A stretch of 64,000 nt of DNA. Origin: Syntrophales bacterium (lineage in GTDB: Bacteria; Desulfobacterota; Syntrophia; Syntrophales; UBA2185). Made by a program: the position numbers and the translations under genes. Shown piece by piece: positions 43,513 through 53,379 of the stretch (positions are counted from its first letter, which is position 1; each line of letters opens with the position of its first letter). The notes under the pieces were generated by a model, which was not told where the DNA came from, did no database searches, and saw only the letters and a list, made by a program, of their open reading frames with translations. The stretch lies in NCBI GenBank assembly GCA_052144335.1, contig JBKQQP010000053.1, forward strand, positions 62,818 through 126,817. The letters are read 5' to 3'.

Positions 43513-45186
43513 ATGGGAACCATTGGCGCAGAAATAGTTATACAAATCTTAAGGGAGGAGGGAGTCGATGTAGTCTTTGGATACCCGGGGGCGAACACCC
43601 TACCCCTTCATGACCGGTTGATAAACAGCCAGATCCGCCATTACCTCATGCGGCACGAACAGGGTGCAGCTCATGCGGCTGATGGCTACGCTCGCGCTAC
43701 GGGAAAGGTAGGCGTCTGCATCGCCACGTCCGGGCCCGGTGCTACCAACCTGGTGACAGGGATTGCCACGGCCTTTATGGACTCAACGCCCATGGTCGCC
43801 CTTACTGCACAGGTTAGCACGAGCCTCCTCGGGCATGACGCCTTCCAGGAGACGGACATCATCGGGATAACCTTGCCTATCACAAAACACAGTTACCAGG
43901 TGCATGATGTGAATAATCTCGGGGCAACGCTGAGGCAGGCATTTGAACTCGCCAAGACGGGCAGGCCAGGTCCGGTCTTAGTGGATATCCCCCGCGATGT
44001 TCTGTCGTCGAAATGCCCCCTCGCAGAAAAGAAAGCTACCACTGCGCTGAGGACGAACTACAAGACTGAAGAAGATCGTGAACAACTGGAGATGATCGCC
44101 AAGACATTGAATCAGAGTGAAAGGCCCATCCTCATTATCGGAGGAGGAGTCAAACTTAGTAATGCCTTTCGTCTGATACGCGAGCTGATCGAAAAGGCGA
44201 AGATCCCCTTCGTTACAACAATGATGGGCATTGGTTCCGTTGACTCCGTCAATGGCTACAACCTGGGGTTGATAGGAACGCACGGTAATGAACTTGCGAA
44301 CCGGATGGTACATCAGTGCGATTTTATCCTAGCTATAGGTACACGCTTCTCAGACCGCAGTACAGCACTTATTGAAGAATTCGCGCCCCTGGCAAAAATT
44401 GCCCAGATAGATATCGACCCTACTTCGATCGGAAAGAGCATCAAGATTAATCTACCTTATGTGGGGGATATTCGCGATGCGCTGACGGCCTTGCTGCCTC
44501 TGATAGATGCAAAGGAAAAGTCGGAGTGGCTTCAAAGAATACAGTCTGAGCGTGACGCCATCAACGGAAAAGTCGCGGACACGGGATGCGGACCGGCAGG
44601 AGATTTCATCCGGATGGTACAGAATGCCATGCCCGTCGAAACAACGGTGACTGCGGATGTGGGATTGAATCAGATATGGACAGTGCGCACATGGCAGGCA
44701 CGAAGCCCGCGCAGTCTCATCACCAGCGGCGGCATGGGTACAATGGGATTCAGCCTGCCTGCAGCCATCGGCGCTAAGGTCGGCACTCCGGAGAGGGCAG
44801 TCGTAGCTATCACAGGCGACGGAGGATTCTACATGAACATCCAGGAACTGGCCACTGTTAGCTACTACAATTTACCAATAAAGATCGTAGTTATCAATAA
44901 CGGCCATCTGGGGATGATCCGCCAGATTCAGGACCTTTTTTACAATGCCCGTTTTAACACCATTGATTTGGGGAGCAAGGTTGATTTTGTAACTGTTGCC
45001 CGGGGCTTCGGCATCCCGGGGAGCAGAATTGCCGTAGATAAAGACCCGAAAGCCGGCATTGAAGCTATGGTAAAGGCCGACGGCCCGTATCTTCTGGAAG
45101 CCATTGTTGATCCGGAAAACTATGTCTATCCCATCATACCGCCGGGATGTTCGAATATCGAAATGATGTACGATAGACTTGACTGA
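43513..45186 (+). CDS. ilvB: acetolactate synthase large subunit, copy 1
   Basis: MGTIGAEIVIQILREEGVDVVFGYPGA...RHEQGAAHAADGYARATGKVGVCIATSGPGATNLVTG...; ThDP motif GDGGFYMNIQELAT...NNG. The start at 43513 follows AAGGAG (43495-43500). The ORF-track start is 43462. Confidence 0.9.
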   Translation: MGTIGAEIVIQILREEGVDVVFGYPGANTLPLHDRLINSQIRHYLMRHEQGAAHAADGYARATGKVGVCIATSGPGATNLVTGIATAFMDSTPMVALTAQVSTSLLGHDAFQETDIIGITLPITKHSYQVHDVNNLGATLRQAFELAKTGRPGPVLVDIPRDVLSSKCPLAEKKATTALRTNYKTEEDREQLEMIAKTLNQSERPILIIGGGVKLSNAFRLIRELIEKAKIPFVTTMMGIGSVDSVNGYNLGLIGTHGNELANRMVHQCDFILAIGTRFSDRSTALIEEFAPLAKIAQIDIDPTSIGKSIKINLPYVGDIRDALTALLPLIDAKEKSEWLQRIQSERDAINGKVADTGCGPAGDFIRMVQNAMPVETTVTADVGLNQIWTVRTWQARSPRSLITSGGMGTMGFSLPAAIGAKVGTPERAVVAITGDGGFYMNIQELATVSYYNLPIKIVVINNGHLGMIRQIQDLFYNARFNTIDLGSKVDFVTVARGFGIPGSRIAVDKDPKAGIEAMVKADGPYLLEAIVDPENYVYPIIPPGCSNIEMMYDRLD

Positions 45187-45209
45187 AAAATAATTGCGGA
45201 GGTTCTGCC

Positions 45210-45722
45210 ATGTTAAGAAAAGCACGCGAAAAGGAACAGACCGTTTCCATTCTGGTAAACAATCAGCCGGGTGTGCTGTCCCGTGTGGGAGGCGTATTTG
45301 GCCGACATGGATACAACATCAAAAGCCTTTGCGTAGCGGAAACGACGAACCCAGATGTTTCGAGAATCACGCTGACCAGCGAATCGGATCCTGACTTTAC
45401 TGAAAAGATAAAAAAACAACTGGACAAGCTTGTAGATGTAATCGATGTCTCCGATGTCTCAGGACAGTCCTACATTCAGAGAGAATTAATGTTGATCGGC
45501 GTCAATGTCAAAGAGGGAGCCTATCAAGAAATCCTGCGGGCGATTGAAGTGTTAGGCTGCAGAATCGTCACCATGACACCGGATTATTTCATCCTGGAAT
45601 TGACGGGTCAGCCGGATGAAACGGCCGCATTCCTGAAATTCTTTCAATCATTCGGCGTAGAGGAAATAAATAGAACTGGCCTAATCGCCCTGCAAAGAAC
45701 CAGGCCCAAGAGAAAAGTCTAG
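45210..45722 (+). CDS. ilvN: acetolactate synthase small (regulatory) subunit, copy 1
   Basis: 170 aa with an ACT domain, VSILVNNQPGVLSRVGGVFGRHGYNIKSLCVAETTNPDVSRITL. Confidence 0.9.
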   Translation: MLRKAREKEQTVSILVNNQPGVLSRVGGVFGRHGYNIKSLCVAETTNPDVSRITLTSESDPDFTEKIKKQLDKLVDVIDVSDVSGQSYIQRELMLIGVNVKEGAYQEILRAIEVLGCRIVTMTPDYFILELTGQPDETAAFLKFFQSFGVEEINRTGLIALQRTRPKRKV

Positions 45723-45797
45723 AACAATTACAAAAATATTCTTGACAATACTATGGGAGGCTGTTAAGAAGGTCCCATAGTGAGGATTGATAACGAC

Positions 45798-45875
45798 ATG
45801 CACGCGCTTACCATCGCAAACATCATCATAATTATTATCGGCGTAATCATTCCCTTCCATAGGGAGGCTGGATGA
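45798..45875 (+). CDS. Ile-rich leader peptide of ilvBN-2 (attenuator)
   Basis: Encodes MHALTIANIIIIIIGVIIPFHREAG (25 aa; 9 Ile, with six consecutive). GAGGA lies 11 nt upstream and a terminator lies 35 nt downstream. Confidence 0.65.
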   Translation: MHALTIANIIIIIIGVIIPFHREAG

Positions 45876-45910
45876 TGGTTTGCGTTTAGCACATAGTTCG
45901 CAGTTAAAAG

Positions 45911-45943
45911 ACCGTTACCAGCCAAAGGTAACGGTTTTTTTTT
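45911..45943 (+). terminator. attenuator terminator upstream of ilvBN-2
   Basis: Stem ACCGTTACC (45911-45919) / GGTAACGGT (45927-45935) with a 7-nt loop, followed by a run of 9 T. Confidence 0.7.
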
Positions 45944-46047
45944 GGAGAAATATCCCTACAGGTATTAAGCAGGGAAGGATCCCATCCTCGACGCCATAAT
46001 GTCGCGGGGCGCTGACGGCGGGATTTTAAACAAGGGGGTAGAGAAAA

Positions 46048-47736
46048 GTGAAGTTAACAGGAGCGCAAGTCCTTTTTGAGGCCTTGCAAAAGGAGGATGT
46101 CGATACGATCTTTGGGTTTCCCGGTGGAGCCGTTCTCGATATATTTGATGAACTGTACAGAAGAAAGATTAAAAATATTTTAGTCCGGCATGAACAGGGT
46201 GCCATACACGCAGCCGACGGATACGCGAGGGTTTCTGGCAAGGTTGGCGTATGCCTAGTCACGTCCGGGCCGGGAGCTACAAACACGGTAACTGGCATTG
46301 CCAATGCTTTCATGGATTCCATCCCCGTCGTCGTACTTACAGGTCAGGTGGCAACCTCTTTGATTGGCGGCGACGCCTTTCAGGAAGTGGACATCACCGG
46401 TATTACAAGACCATGCACGAAGCATAATTTTCTGGTTAGGCGGATTGACGACCTGGGACGCATCGTCAGGGAGGCCTTTGACATCGCCCGCTCAGGACGC
46501 CCCGGTCCTGTTCTTATCGATATTCCCAAGGATATCACTAGATCCTTTATAGAAGATTCTGATGTATCCTGGACATCAAGCCTCCCTAATAATAACAAGA
46601 AGACTTCTATCGAAGATGCATGCATTAAAGCACTTGACATGATCAGGAAGGCAGAAAGACCGCTTATCATCTCAGGCGGCGGCGTACTGCTCGGCCGGGC
46701 CTGGGACGAGTTGAGAACATTTGTGAAAATGCTCAACGTGCCCATCACCTCGACCCTTATGGGGCTCGGGGCCTTCCCCGCATCCGATCCACATTGGCTC
46801 GGTATGCCGGGTATGCATGGCACGTATTACGCCAATATGGCAATCACTAATTGCGACCTTTTGATCGCCCTGGGCGTCCGTTTTGATGATCGGGTCACGT
46901 CGAAGCTTGACGCCTTTGCGCCCCATGCTAAGGTCCTTCACATCGATATTGACCCTGCGTCCATCGATAAATTTATAAAGACGCACCTGTCGATAGCAAG
47001 CGATTGCAAGCCCGTATTGCAACTACTCAATAAGTGGATTTCGGATAAGAGTTTTGCAATCACCGGGAAGCAAACAAAGGCATGGCTCGAGCAAATTCAG
47101 AAGTGGAAAGCGTTCGCACCCATGACGTACTGTCAGTCTGATAAAATCAAGCCTCAATACGTCGTGGAAACACTTTATCGCCTCACGGAAGGAAAAGCGA
47201 TCATCTCGACAGAAGTGGGGCAGAACCAGATGTGGGCGGCCCAGTTCTACCATTTCGATTACCCCAATTCATTCATTACATCGGGCGGCCTGGGAACAAT
47301 GGGTTATGGATTCCCGGCTGCCATCGGTGCGCAGGTTGCCCGCCCTGACAACGTTGTCGTAGATATTGCCGGAGATGGAAGCATCCAGATGAACATACAG
47401 GAGCTCGCAACGGCTGTTAATTATAGCCTTCCCGTTAAGATAGTCATCCTCAATAACGGCTTCTTAGGCATGGTTCGCCAATGGCAGGAACTCTTCTACG
47501 GGAAGCGTTATTCCCACAGCAATATATCCAATGTGCCTGACTTTGTGAAGCTGGCCGAAGCTTATGGCGCTGTTGGCCTACGGGCGACACGCCATGAAGA
47601 GGTGGAGGCCACCTTAAGGAAAGGCCTCGATACTGCAAAGACCGTCGTGATGGATTTCCATGTTGAACCTGAGGAGGGCGTATATCCCATGGTTTCACCG
47701 GGTGCGGCGATCTCAGATATGGTCTTGAGCAAATAG
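46048..47736 (+). CDS. ilvB: acetolactate synthase large subunit, copy 2
   Basis: 562 aa with a GTG start. Motifs include MKLTGAQVLFEALQKEDVDTIFGFPGGAVL...RHEQGAIHAADGYARVSGKVGVCLVTSGPGATNTVTG and GDGSIQMNIQELAT. Confidence 0.9.
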   Translation: MKLTGAQVLFEALQKEDVDTIFGFPGGAVLDIFDELYRRKIKNILVRHEQGAIHAADGYARVSGKVGVCLVTSGPGATNTVTGIANAFMDSIPVVVLTGQVATSLIGGDAFQEVDITGITRPCTKHNFLVRRIDDLGRIVREAFDIARSGRPGPVLIDIPKDITRSFIEDSDVSWTSSLPNNNKKTSIEDACIKALDMIRKAERPLIISGGGVLLGRAWDELRTFVKMLNVPITSTLMGLGAFPASDPHWLGMPGMHGTYYANMAITNCDLLIALGVRFDDRVTSKLDAFAPHAKVLHIDIDPASIDKFIKTHLSIASDCKPVLQLLNKWISDKSFAITGKQTKAWLEQIQKWKAFAPMTYCQSDKIKPQYVVETLYRLTEGKAIISTEVGQNQMWAAQFYHFDYPNSFITSGGLGTMGYGFPAAIGAQVARPDNVVVDIAGDGSIQMNIQELATAVNYSLPVKIVILNNGFLGMVRQWQELFYGKRYSHSNISNVPDFVKLAEAYGAVGLRATRHEEVEATLRKGLDTAKTVVMDFHVEPEEGVYPMVSPGAAISDMVLSK

Positions 47737-47780
47737 GATATACTAGAATATATCAAATTCATTGTGAGGTGAATGAGCTT

Positions 47781-48266
47781 ATGGAAGTAAAAGAGAATAC
47801 CATTTCCATCTTGGTAAATAACAGGCCCGACGTTCTGGCCAGAATCGCGGGCACCTTTAGTGGCCGTGGCTTCAACATCGAAAGCATCTCCGCAAATATC
47901 ACGAGAAATCCTGAATTTACCAGAATCATTATTACTACTCTCGGTAACCGCGAGACCGTCATCAAACTTGAGAAGCAGCTGACAAAAATTATCGATGTCC
48001 TGGAAGTGAAGGATCTGACCCGCGCCAACGCGGCCTGCCGCGAAATGGTGCTGGTGAGGATGAAATTAAGCGATGTGAATCAGGTGAAAATCATGCAGAC
48101 TGTTGACACGCTTAAGTGGAAGATTGTAAAGATGGACGCTGACACCTGTATATTAGAGGTAACGGGCGGCAAAAAGGAAATCGACGACGCCCTTGCTCTT
48201 TTGGAAAAGATGGGTATGGATGACTTTACAAGAACCGGCGTTGTCGCTTTGGAGCGTCAGAAATAG
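47781..48266 (+). CDS. ilvN: acetolactate synthase small subunit, copy 2
   Basis: MEVKENTISILVNNRPDVLARIAGTFSGRGFNIESISANITRNPEFTRIIITT. The ATG at 47781 lies 8 nt after GAGGTG. The ORF track starts at a GTG at 47769. Confidence 0.85.
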   Translation: MEVKENTISILVNNRPDVLARIAGTFSGRGFNIESISANITRNPEFTRIIITTLGNRETVIKLEKQLTKIIDVLEVKDLTRANAACREMVLVRMKLSDVNQVKIMQTVDTLKWKIVKMDADTCILEVTGGKKEIDDALALLEKMGMDDFTRTGVVALERQK

Positions 48267-48342
48267 ATGCAAACTAGTTTTAGGAGCGGACACCACACAA
48301 TACTATAAATAATTTAATTCATAACAATAAGGAGGAGCTAAT

Positions 48343-49389
48343 ATGCCTAAAATCAACATTGGCGGGGTCATGGAAGAGGTTGTGACATCAGAGGAGTTTA
48401 CCCTCGAAAGGGCGCGCAAAGTGCTCAAGGATGAAACGGTTGCCGTGATAGGTTACGGCGTACAGGGACGCGGCCAGGCCTTAAACATGAGGGATAACGG
48501 AATCCGTTGTATAGTGGGTGAAGGCGACTTCAACTGGCAGAAGGCCATTGATGAAGGCTTCAAACCCGGCGAGACGCTTTTTCCACCCATAGAGGCTGCA
48601 AAACGCGGTACCATTATTCAGTACCTTATGTCAGATGCAGGCCAGAAGGCTATGTGGCCGGAACTCAAAACCCAGCTGACAAAAGGAAAGGCTCTCTATT
48701 TTTCTCATGGATTCTCTATCGTGTATAAAGATCAGACTGGCGTAATCCCCCCCTCTGACATCGATGTTATATTGGTAGCGCCAAAAGGTGCCGGCCGTAC
48801 CGTGCGCGACAATTTTCTTGCCGGAAGCGGCATTAATTCGAGTTACGCAGTTTTCCAAAACGCCACAGGCAAGGCACTGGAAAGAACTCTTGCCGTCGGC
48901 ATTGCCATAGGGTCGGGATATCTGTTCCCTACCACCTTTGAACAGGAAGTTTACAGCGACCTCACAGGGGAGCGCGGTGTCCTCATGGGTTGTCTCGCCG
49001 GTGTCCTGGAGGCGCAGTATAATATTCTTCGTAAGCATGGACACAGCCCCAGTGAAGCCTTCAATGAAACCGTCGAGGAACTGACCCAGAGCCTCATGCC
49101 GCTTGTCGCCCAAAATGGTATGGACTGGATGTATGCCAATTGCAGCACAACTGCCCAAAGAGGCGCTTTAGACTGGAAAAACAGATTCCGTGATGCTGTT
49201 GCACCCGTATTTGATGAACTGTATGACAGGGTGGCATCCGGCAAAGAAACTGCCATTGTCCTGGAAGTCAACTCCGCACCCGATTACAGGGAAAGACTGC
49301 AGAAAGAACTCGATACCATGAGAAACAGCGAAATGTGGCTGGCTGGCGCCGTGGTTCGTTCATTGAGACCAGAACGAAGAAAAAAGTAG
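48343..49389 (+). CDS. ilvC: ketol-acid reductoisomerase
   Basis: 348 aa with VIGYGVQGRGQALNMRDNG. An AAGGAGG SD is present. Confidence 0.95.
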   Translation: MPKINIGGVMEEVVTSEEFTLERARKVLKDETVAVIGYGVQGRGQALNMRDNGIRCIVGEGDFNWQKAIDEGFKPGETLFPPIEAAKRGTIIQYLMSDAGQKAMWPELKTQLTKGKALYFSHGFSIVYKDQTGVIPPSDIDVILVAPKGAGRTVRDNFLAGSGINSSYAVFQNATGKALERTLAVGIAIGSGYLFPTTFEQEVYSDLTGERGVLMGCLAGVLEAQYNILRKHGHSPSEAFNETVEELTQSLMPLVAQNGMDWMYANCSTTAQRGALDWKNRFRDAVAPVFDELYDRVASGKETAIVLEVNSAPDYRERLQKELDTMRNSEMWLAGAVVRSLRPERRKK

Positions 49390-49465
49390 GAAATGACTAA
49401 GCGGAGGAGTAGCAACATGCGACTGTATAACTTCCGCGCATTGCAAAAAATATAAGGAGGAAAAC

Positions 49466-51127
49466 ATGCGAAGCGACCTGATGAAAAAGGGGCTTGAACG
49501 GGCGCCCCACAGATCTCTTTTTAAAGCCATGGGGTATACGGATGAAGAAATTGTACAGCCTTTGATAGGCGTGGTGAATTCCGCCAATGAAATCATACCC
49601 GGCCATATTCATCTGGATCTCATAACTGAAGACGTAAAGGCAGGCATCCGCATGGCAGGCGGAACGCCGGTCGAATTCCCCGTCATCGGCGTTTGCGACG
49701 GGATTGCCATGGGACATACGGGCATGAAATACTCCCTTGCCAGCCGCGAGCTGATCGCCGATTCCATTGAAGTCATGGCAATTGCCCATCCCTTTGATGC
49801 CTTGGTCATGGTCCCCAACTGCGATAAGATCATTCCCGGAATGTTGATGGCGGCGCTTCGCCTCAACATTCCTACCATCTTCATCAGCGGCGGTCCCATG
49901 ATGGCAGGAACCCTGGAGGGCAAGACCGTTGATCTCATAAGCGTCTTCGAAGGTGTGGGGAAGGTAAAATCCCGCCAGATGAAAGAAGAGTATCTGAAGG
50001 CGCTGGAAGATTGCGCCTGCCCCGGTTGCGGGTCCTGCTCAGGGATGTACACGGCCAATTCCATGAACTGCGTAACCGAGGCTTTAGGCCTGGGCCTCCC
50101 CGGAAATGGCACCGTACCTGCCGTCAATGCGGCCCGACGGCGCCTGGCGAAGCAGGCCGGCATGAAGATCATGGAACTTCTCAAGAAAGATATTCGTCCG
50201 CGGAAGATCGCGACACTATCAGCCTTCAAGAATGCCATCGCCGTGGACATGGCACTGGGCTGCTCGACCAATACGGTCCTCCATATTCCCGCCATCGCCC
50301 ACGAAGCGGGAATTAAACTGGACCTCGACCTCTTTAATGAGATTAGCAAGAAAACGCCTAATCTCTGCAAGCTCAGCCCAGCAGGGCCGCACCACCTGGA
50401 AGACCTAGACATGGCAGGCGGAGTTCAGGCGGTGATGAAACAAATCAGTCAGCTCGGCGTCATCGATATGAAGTCCTTGACGGTCACGGGGAAAGTGGTG
50501 GGCGCAAACCTTAAAGGGGCTGCGGTGCTGAACAGCGACGTCATCCGGCCTCTTAGCAACCCCTATTCGAAAGAAGGGGGAATTGCCATCCTGAGGGGTA
50601 ATCTGGCCCCCGATGGCGCCGTCGTCAAGCAGTCCGCTGTGGCGGAAAGAATGCTCGTCAACGAAGGCAAGGCCCGCGTCTTTGACTCCGAGGACGATGC
50701 AATTGCCGCCATCCTCGGCGGTAAGATCAAACCGGGCGATATTGTCGTAATCCGCTATGAAGGTCCGAAAGGCGGTCCGGGCATGCGCGAGATGCTCGCT
50801 CCAACGTCGGTCATCGCCGGTATGGGCCTCGATACAACGGTGGCACTCCTGACTGACGGAAGATTCAGCGGCGGCACCCGGGGCGCGGCTATCGGACATA
50901 TCTCTCCCGAAGCTGCCGAAGGAGGGCCCATAGGTCTTGTCAGGGAAGGTGATATTATCGCCATCGACATACCGAAAAAAACAATCTCTCTCAATGTCAG
51001 TCCGGACGAATTGAAGAAAAGGCAGGCTAAGTTTAAACCGAGACCACCGGCAGTCAAAAGCGGTTACCTGGTACGGTATGCCGGACTTGTGACTTCCGCA
51101 AGCACAGGCGCCATTTTAAGAGACTGA
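49466..51127 (+). CDS. ilvD: dihydroxy-acid dehydratase
   Basis: 553 aa with [32 protein letters not shown] and [13 protein letters not shown]. Confidence 0.95.
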   Translation: MRSDLMKKGLERAPHRSLFKAMGYTDEEIVQPLIGVVNSANEIIPGHIHLDLITEDVKAGIRMAGGTPVEFPVIGVCDGIAMGHTGMKYSLASRELIADSIEVMAIAHPFDALVMVPNCDKIIPGMLMAALRLNIPTIFISGGPMMAGTLEGKTVDLISVFEGVGKVKSRQMKEEYLKALEDCACPGCGSCSGMYTANSMNCVTEALGLGLPGNGTVPAVNAARRRLAKQAGMKIMELLKKDIRPRKIATLSAFKNAIAVDMALGCSTNTVLHIPAIAHEAGIKLDLDLFNEISKKTPNLCKLSPAGPHHLEDLDMAGGVQAVMKQISQLGVIDMKSLTVTGKVVGANLKGAAVLNSDVIRPLSNPYSKEGGIAILRGNLAPDGAVVKQSAVAERMLVNEGKARVFDSEDDAIAAILGGKIKPGDIVVIRYEGPKGGPGMREMLAPTSVIAGMGLDTTVALLTDGRFSGGTRGAAIGHISPEAAEGGPIGLVREGDIIAIDIPKKTISLNVSPDELKKRQAKFKPRPPAVKSGYLVRYAGLVTSASTGAILRD

Positions 51128-51164
51128 TAAATATATCTTCAACTCAGGCCTGTCTCAAACGAAC

Positions 51165-51203
51165 AAAAAGAGCGTCCATTTTATGCTGATGGACGCTCTT
51201 TTA
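51165..51203. terminator. bidirectional terminator between convergent ilvD and thioesterase genes
   Basis: 11-bp stem AGAGCGTCCAT (51169-51179) / ATGGACGCTCT (51189-51199), with an A-run before and a T-run after. Confidence 0.7.
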
Positions 51204-51225
51204 CTTCTGAAATACCGGGGAAAAA

Positions 51226-51630
51226 TCAGGCGGGAAGCACCATTTGCGTTTGAATGACGACGGCGCAGAGCTTGCCGTTCTCGGACTTCACGCGTGTCTG
51301 CCATACCATCGTGGTCTTGCCACGGTGCAAGGGGATGCACTCGCCGATGATACGAGTGCCAACGGGCATGGCGCCGAGGAAATTAGTCTTCGACTCAATG
51401 GTAGTTGTACGTGCGCCGTTTTCGAGGTTGACAAGCGTCGCTATCCCGCCAAGGGTGTCCGCAAAGGCCATGAGTGCGCCGCCGTGAAGTATCTCTCCGA
51501 CGGTACATAGATCCGGACGAACCTCCATGGACGCAATAATTCTTTCAGGCGTAACCTCCATGAGCTGCATTCCCATTAAGCCGGGAAACAAAGGCTTGAT
51601 AAGTTCTTGAATGAACGCGATGGCACTCAT
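51226..51630 (-). CDS. PaaI-family hotdog thioesterase
   Basis: 134 aa with LHGGALMAFADTLGG. Confidence 0.75.
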   Translation of the reverse strand: MSAIAFIQELIKPLFPGLMGMQLMEVTPERIIASMEVRPDLCTVGEILHGGALMAFADTLGGIATLVNLENGARTTTIESKTNFLGAMPVGTRIIGECIPLHRGKTTMVWQTRVKSENGKLCAVVIQTQMVLPA

Positions 51631-51683
51631 ATGCCGCTTCCCGTTGAATTAGTGACTGGGTTGGAGCGTGAATTGCTATAACG

Positions 51684-52619
51684 TCATGATCCGGTGAAGG
51701 CGCGCCTATACTTCTCGTCTAGGAGCTTATTGATGTTTTCCATGACGATTTCCGTCACCTCTTCAAACTGTCTCTTGTACTTCTTTTGCGATTCCTTGGA
51801 AAACAGCTTGAACGGTTCATCTATCGCGAATTCCCGCAACTGATTGTCCAGAGAGAGAGGCTCTCCCACGCGATAGACAATCCTTCCGCTTTTGGCGAAG
51901 GGCAGGCTCCCCGTGTATAACTGATCTGAATTGTTACACCCGACGGGAACGATCTTTTTCCCTGTGGATAATGCAAGCTGCGCAACGCCGGTCCTTCCTT
52001 CTCCCAACTGGGCGCCCCTCGTACCTTCAGGGAAAATGATGAGGTTGAGTTTTTTTTCGGAGAGCGCCGTCCGGCTCAATTCCGCCACCCGCTCCATCAT
52101 GAGATCATAGTAACCCCTGACAAAGTCAGCAAACTGTTCCCCTAATGCATTGAGCGCCTCTGCAGCCTTCCGCGGGTAGGCTTCGATACTTTCATACTTC
52201 CCGTCAATGATATCTTTAATAGCTCTGTAAACATTCTTATCGAGCCGCTGTTTGAATTTCCTCCTGTAGAATTCCTCGATCAAATAACCCATGGAGGGGA
52301 CGGGGATGAGGTTACACAGGTCGAGCGCTTTGGCAAGCAGTACATTTCTATAGTACTTTCCCTTAACCCAGACCGTGGTATATGAGAAACATTTCATACT
52401 CCAGAGTTTATATTGGAAAGGCCAGTAATTGAAACGATCCGTGTGATTCATCGCAATGATCACATTCTCGTCTCTCGGAATACGCTCGATATTTTCGATC
52501 TGGATATCTACGTTGGCGAAAATACGGTAATTAGGAAACAGCAATAAAGTCGCAACGAGCTGCTGACCCAGAGGTGAGGTTACCAGTTTGATCTTCTTCA
52601 AATAATCAATATCTATCAT
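51684..52619 (-). CDS. PlsC/LPLAT-family acyltransferase
   Basis: 311 aa with AMNHTDRFN (HX4-type motif) and IFPEGTRG. Confidence 0.7.
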   Translation of the reverse strand: MIDIDYLKKIKLVTSPLGQQLVATLLLFPNYRIFANVDIQIENIERIPRDENVIIAMNHTDRFNYWPFQYKLWSMKCFSYTTVWVKGKYYRNVLLAKALDLCNLIPVPSMGYLIEEFYRRKFKQRLDKNVYRAIKDIIDGKYESIEAYPRKAAEALNALGEQFADFVRGYYDLMMERVAELSRTALSEKKLNLIIFPEGTRGAQLGEGRTGVAQLALSTGKKIVPVGCNNSDQLYTGSLPFAKSGRIVYRVGEPLSLDNQLREFAIDEPFKLFSKESQKKYKRQFEEVTEIVMENINKLLDEKYRRAFTGS

Positions 52620-52632
52620 TCATCCTTCCTGT

Positions 52633-53379
52633 TTACGCTTTCCCCTTTGCTTCGAGGAGGCGCCTAACCCTCTCCAGTTCCCGGGGTGTATCAACTTCTA
52701 CAGAGTCGTAAGGCGTCTCCACAACCTTGATCCTGTATCCATGCTCTATGGCCCTCAGCTGCTCAAGTGCTTCCAGTTTCTCAAGATTACTTTCAGGAAG
52801 CTTGGTAAACTCTTTCAGAAATGCCCTTCTGTAGGCGTAAATGCCGTGGTGCTTGTAATATGAAGCCTTTGCGCCGCTGTCTCTTGCGTAGGGAATTGTT
52901 GCCCGGGAAAAGTAAAGGGCAAAGTGATCCTGATCAAAGACGACCTTCACTGCATTGGGGTGGGTAATCTCTTCTTTCCTCACGATTTTATATATAAGGG
53001 TGGACATGGGAATGACCTGGTCGTCCAAAAGCGGCTGCGCCACTTCGTCAATCTGCGAAGGTTCGAAGAGAGGTTGATCGCCCTGAATATTAACCACGAT
53101 ATCAGAATCATCGATATCGAGGCGGGAAGCTGCTTCTGCTATGCGGTCTGTCCCCGACCTGTGTGACACTGCCGTCATAATGGCGCGGCCTCCGAATCTT
53201 TCCACAGCAGCGATGATCCTTTCATCATCAGTCGCCACAGCGGCCAAGGATACTGTACCGGCCCTCAACACACGCTCGTATACGTGCTGGATCATCGGCT
53301 TTCCCAAGAGATCCGCAAGGGCTTTCCCTGGAAAGCGAGTGGAAGCATAACGGGCAGGAATGATGCAGAAAACTTTCAT
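52633..53379 (-). CDS. kdsB: 3-deoxy-manno-octulosonate cytidylyltransferase (CMP-Kdo synthetase)
   Basis: 248 aa with MKVFCIIPARYASTRFPGKALADLLGKPMIQHV. Confidence 0.9.
   Translation of the reverse strand: MKVFCIIPARYASTRFPGKALADLLGKPMIQHVYERVLRAGTVSLAAVATDDERIIAAVERFGGRAIMTAVSHRSGTDRIAEAASRLDIDDSDIVVNIQGDQPLFEPSQIDEVAQPLLDDQVIPMSTLIYKIVRKEEITHPNAVKVVFDQDHFALYFSRATIPYARDSGAKASYYKHHGIYAYRRAFLKEFTKLPESNLEKLEALEQLRAIEHGYRIKVVETPYDSVEVDTPRELERVRRLLEAKGKA

Noticed and set aside
49417-49455. 12-codon mini-[15 protein letters not shown] with a GGAGGA SD, between ilvC and ilvD.
   Set aside because: It is too short, has no regulatory codon bias and has no associated terminator. It is most likely a chance ORF in a 76-nt spacer. 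It would only be worth revisiting if conserved or seen in Ribo-seq.
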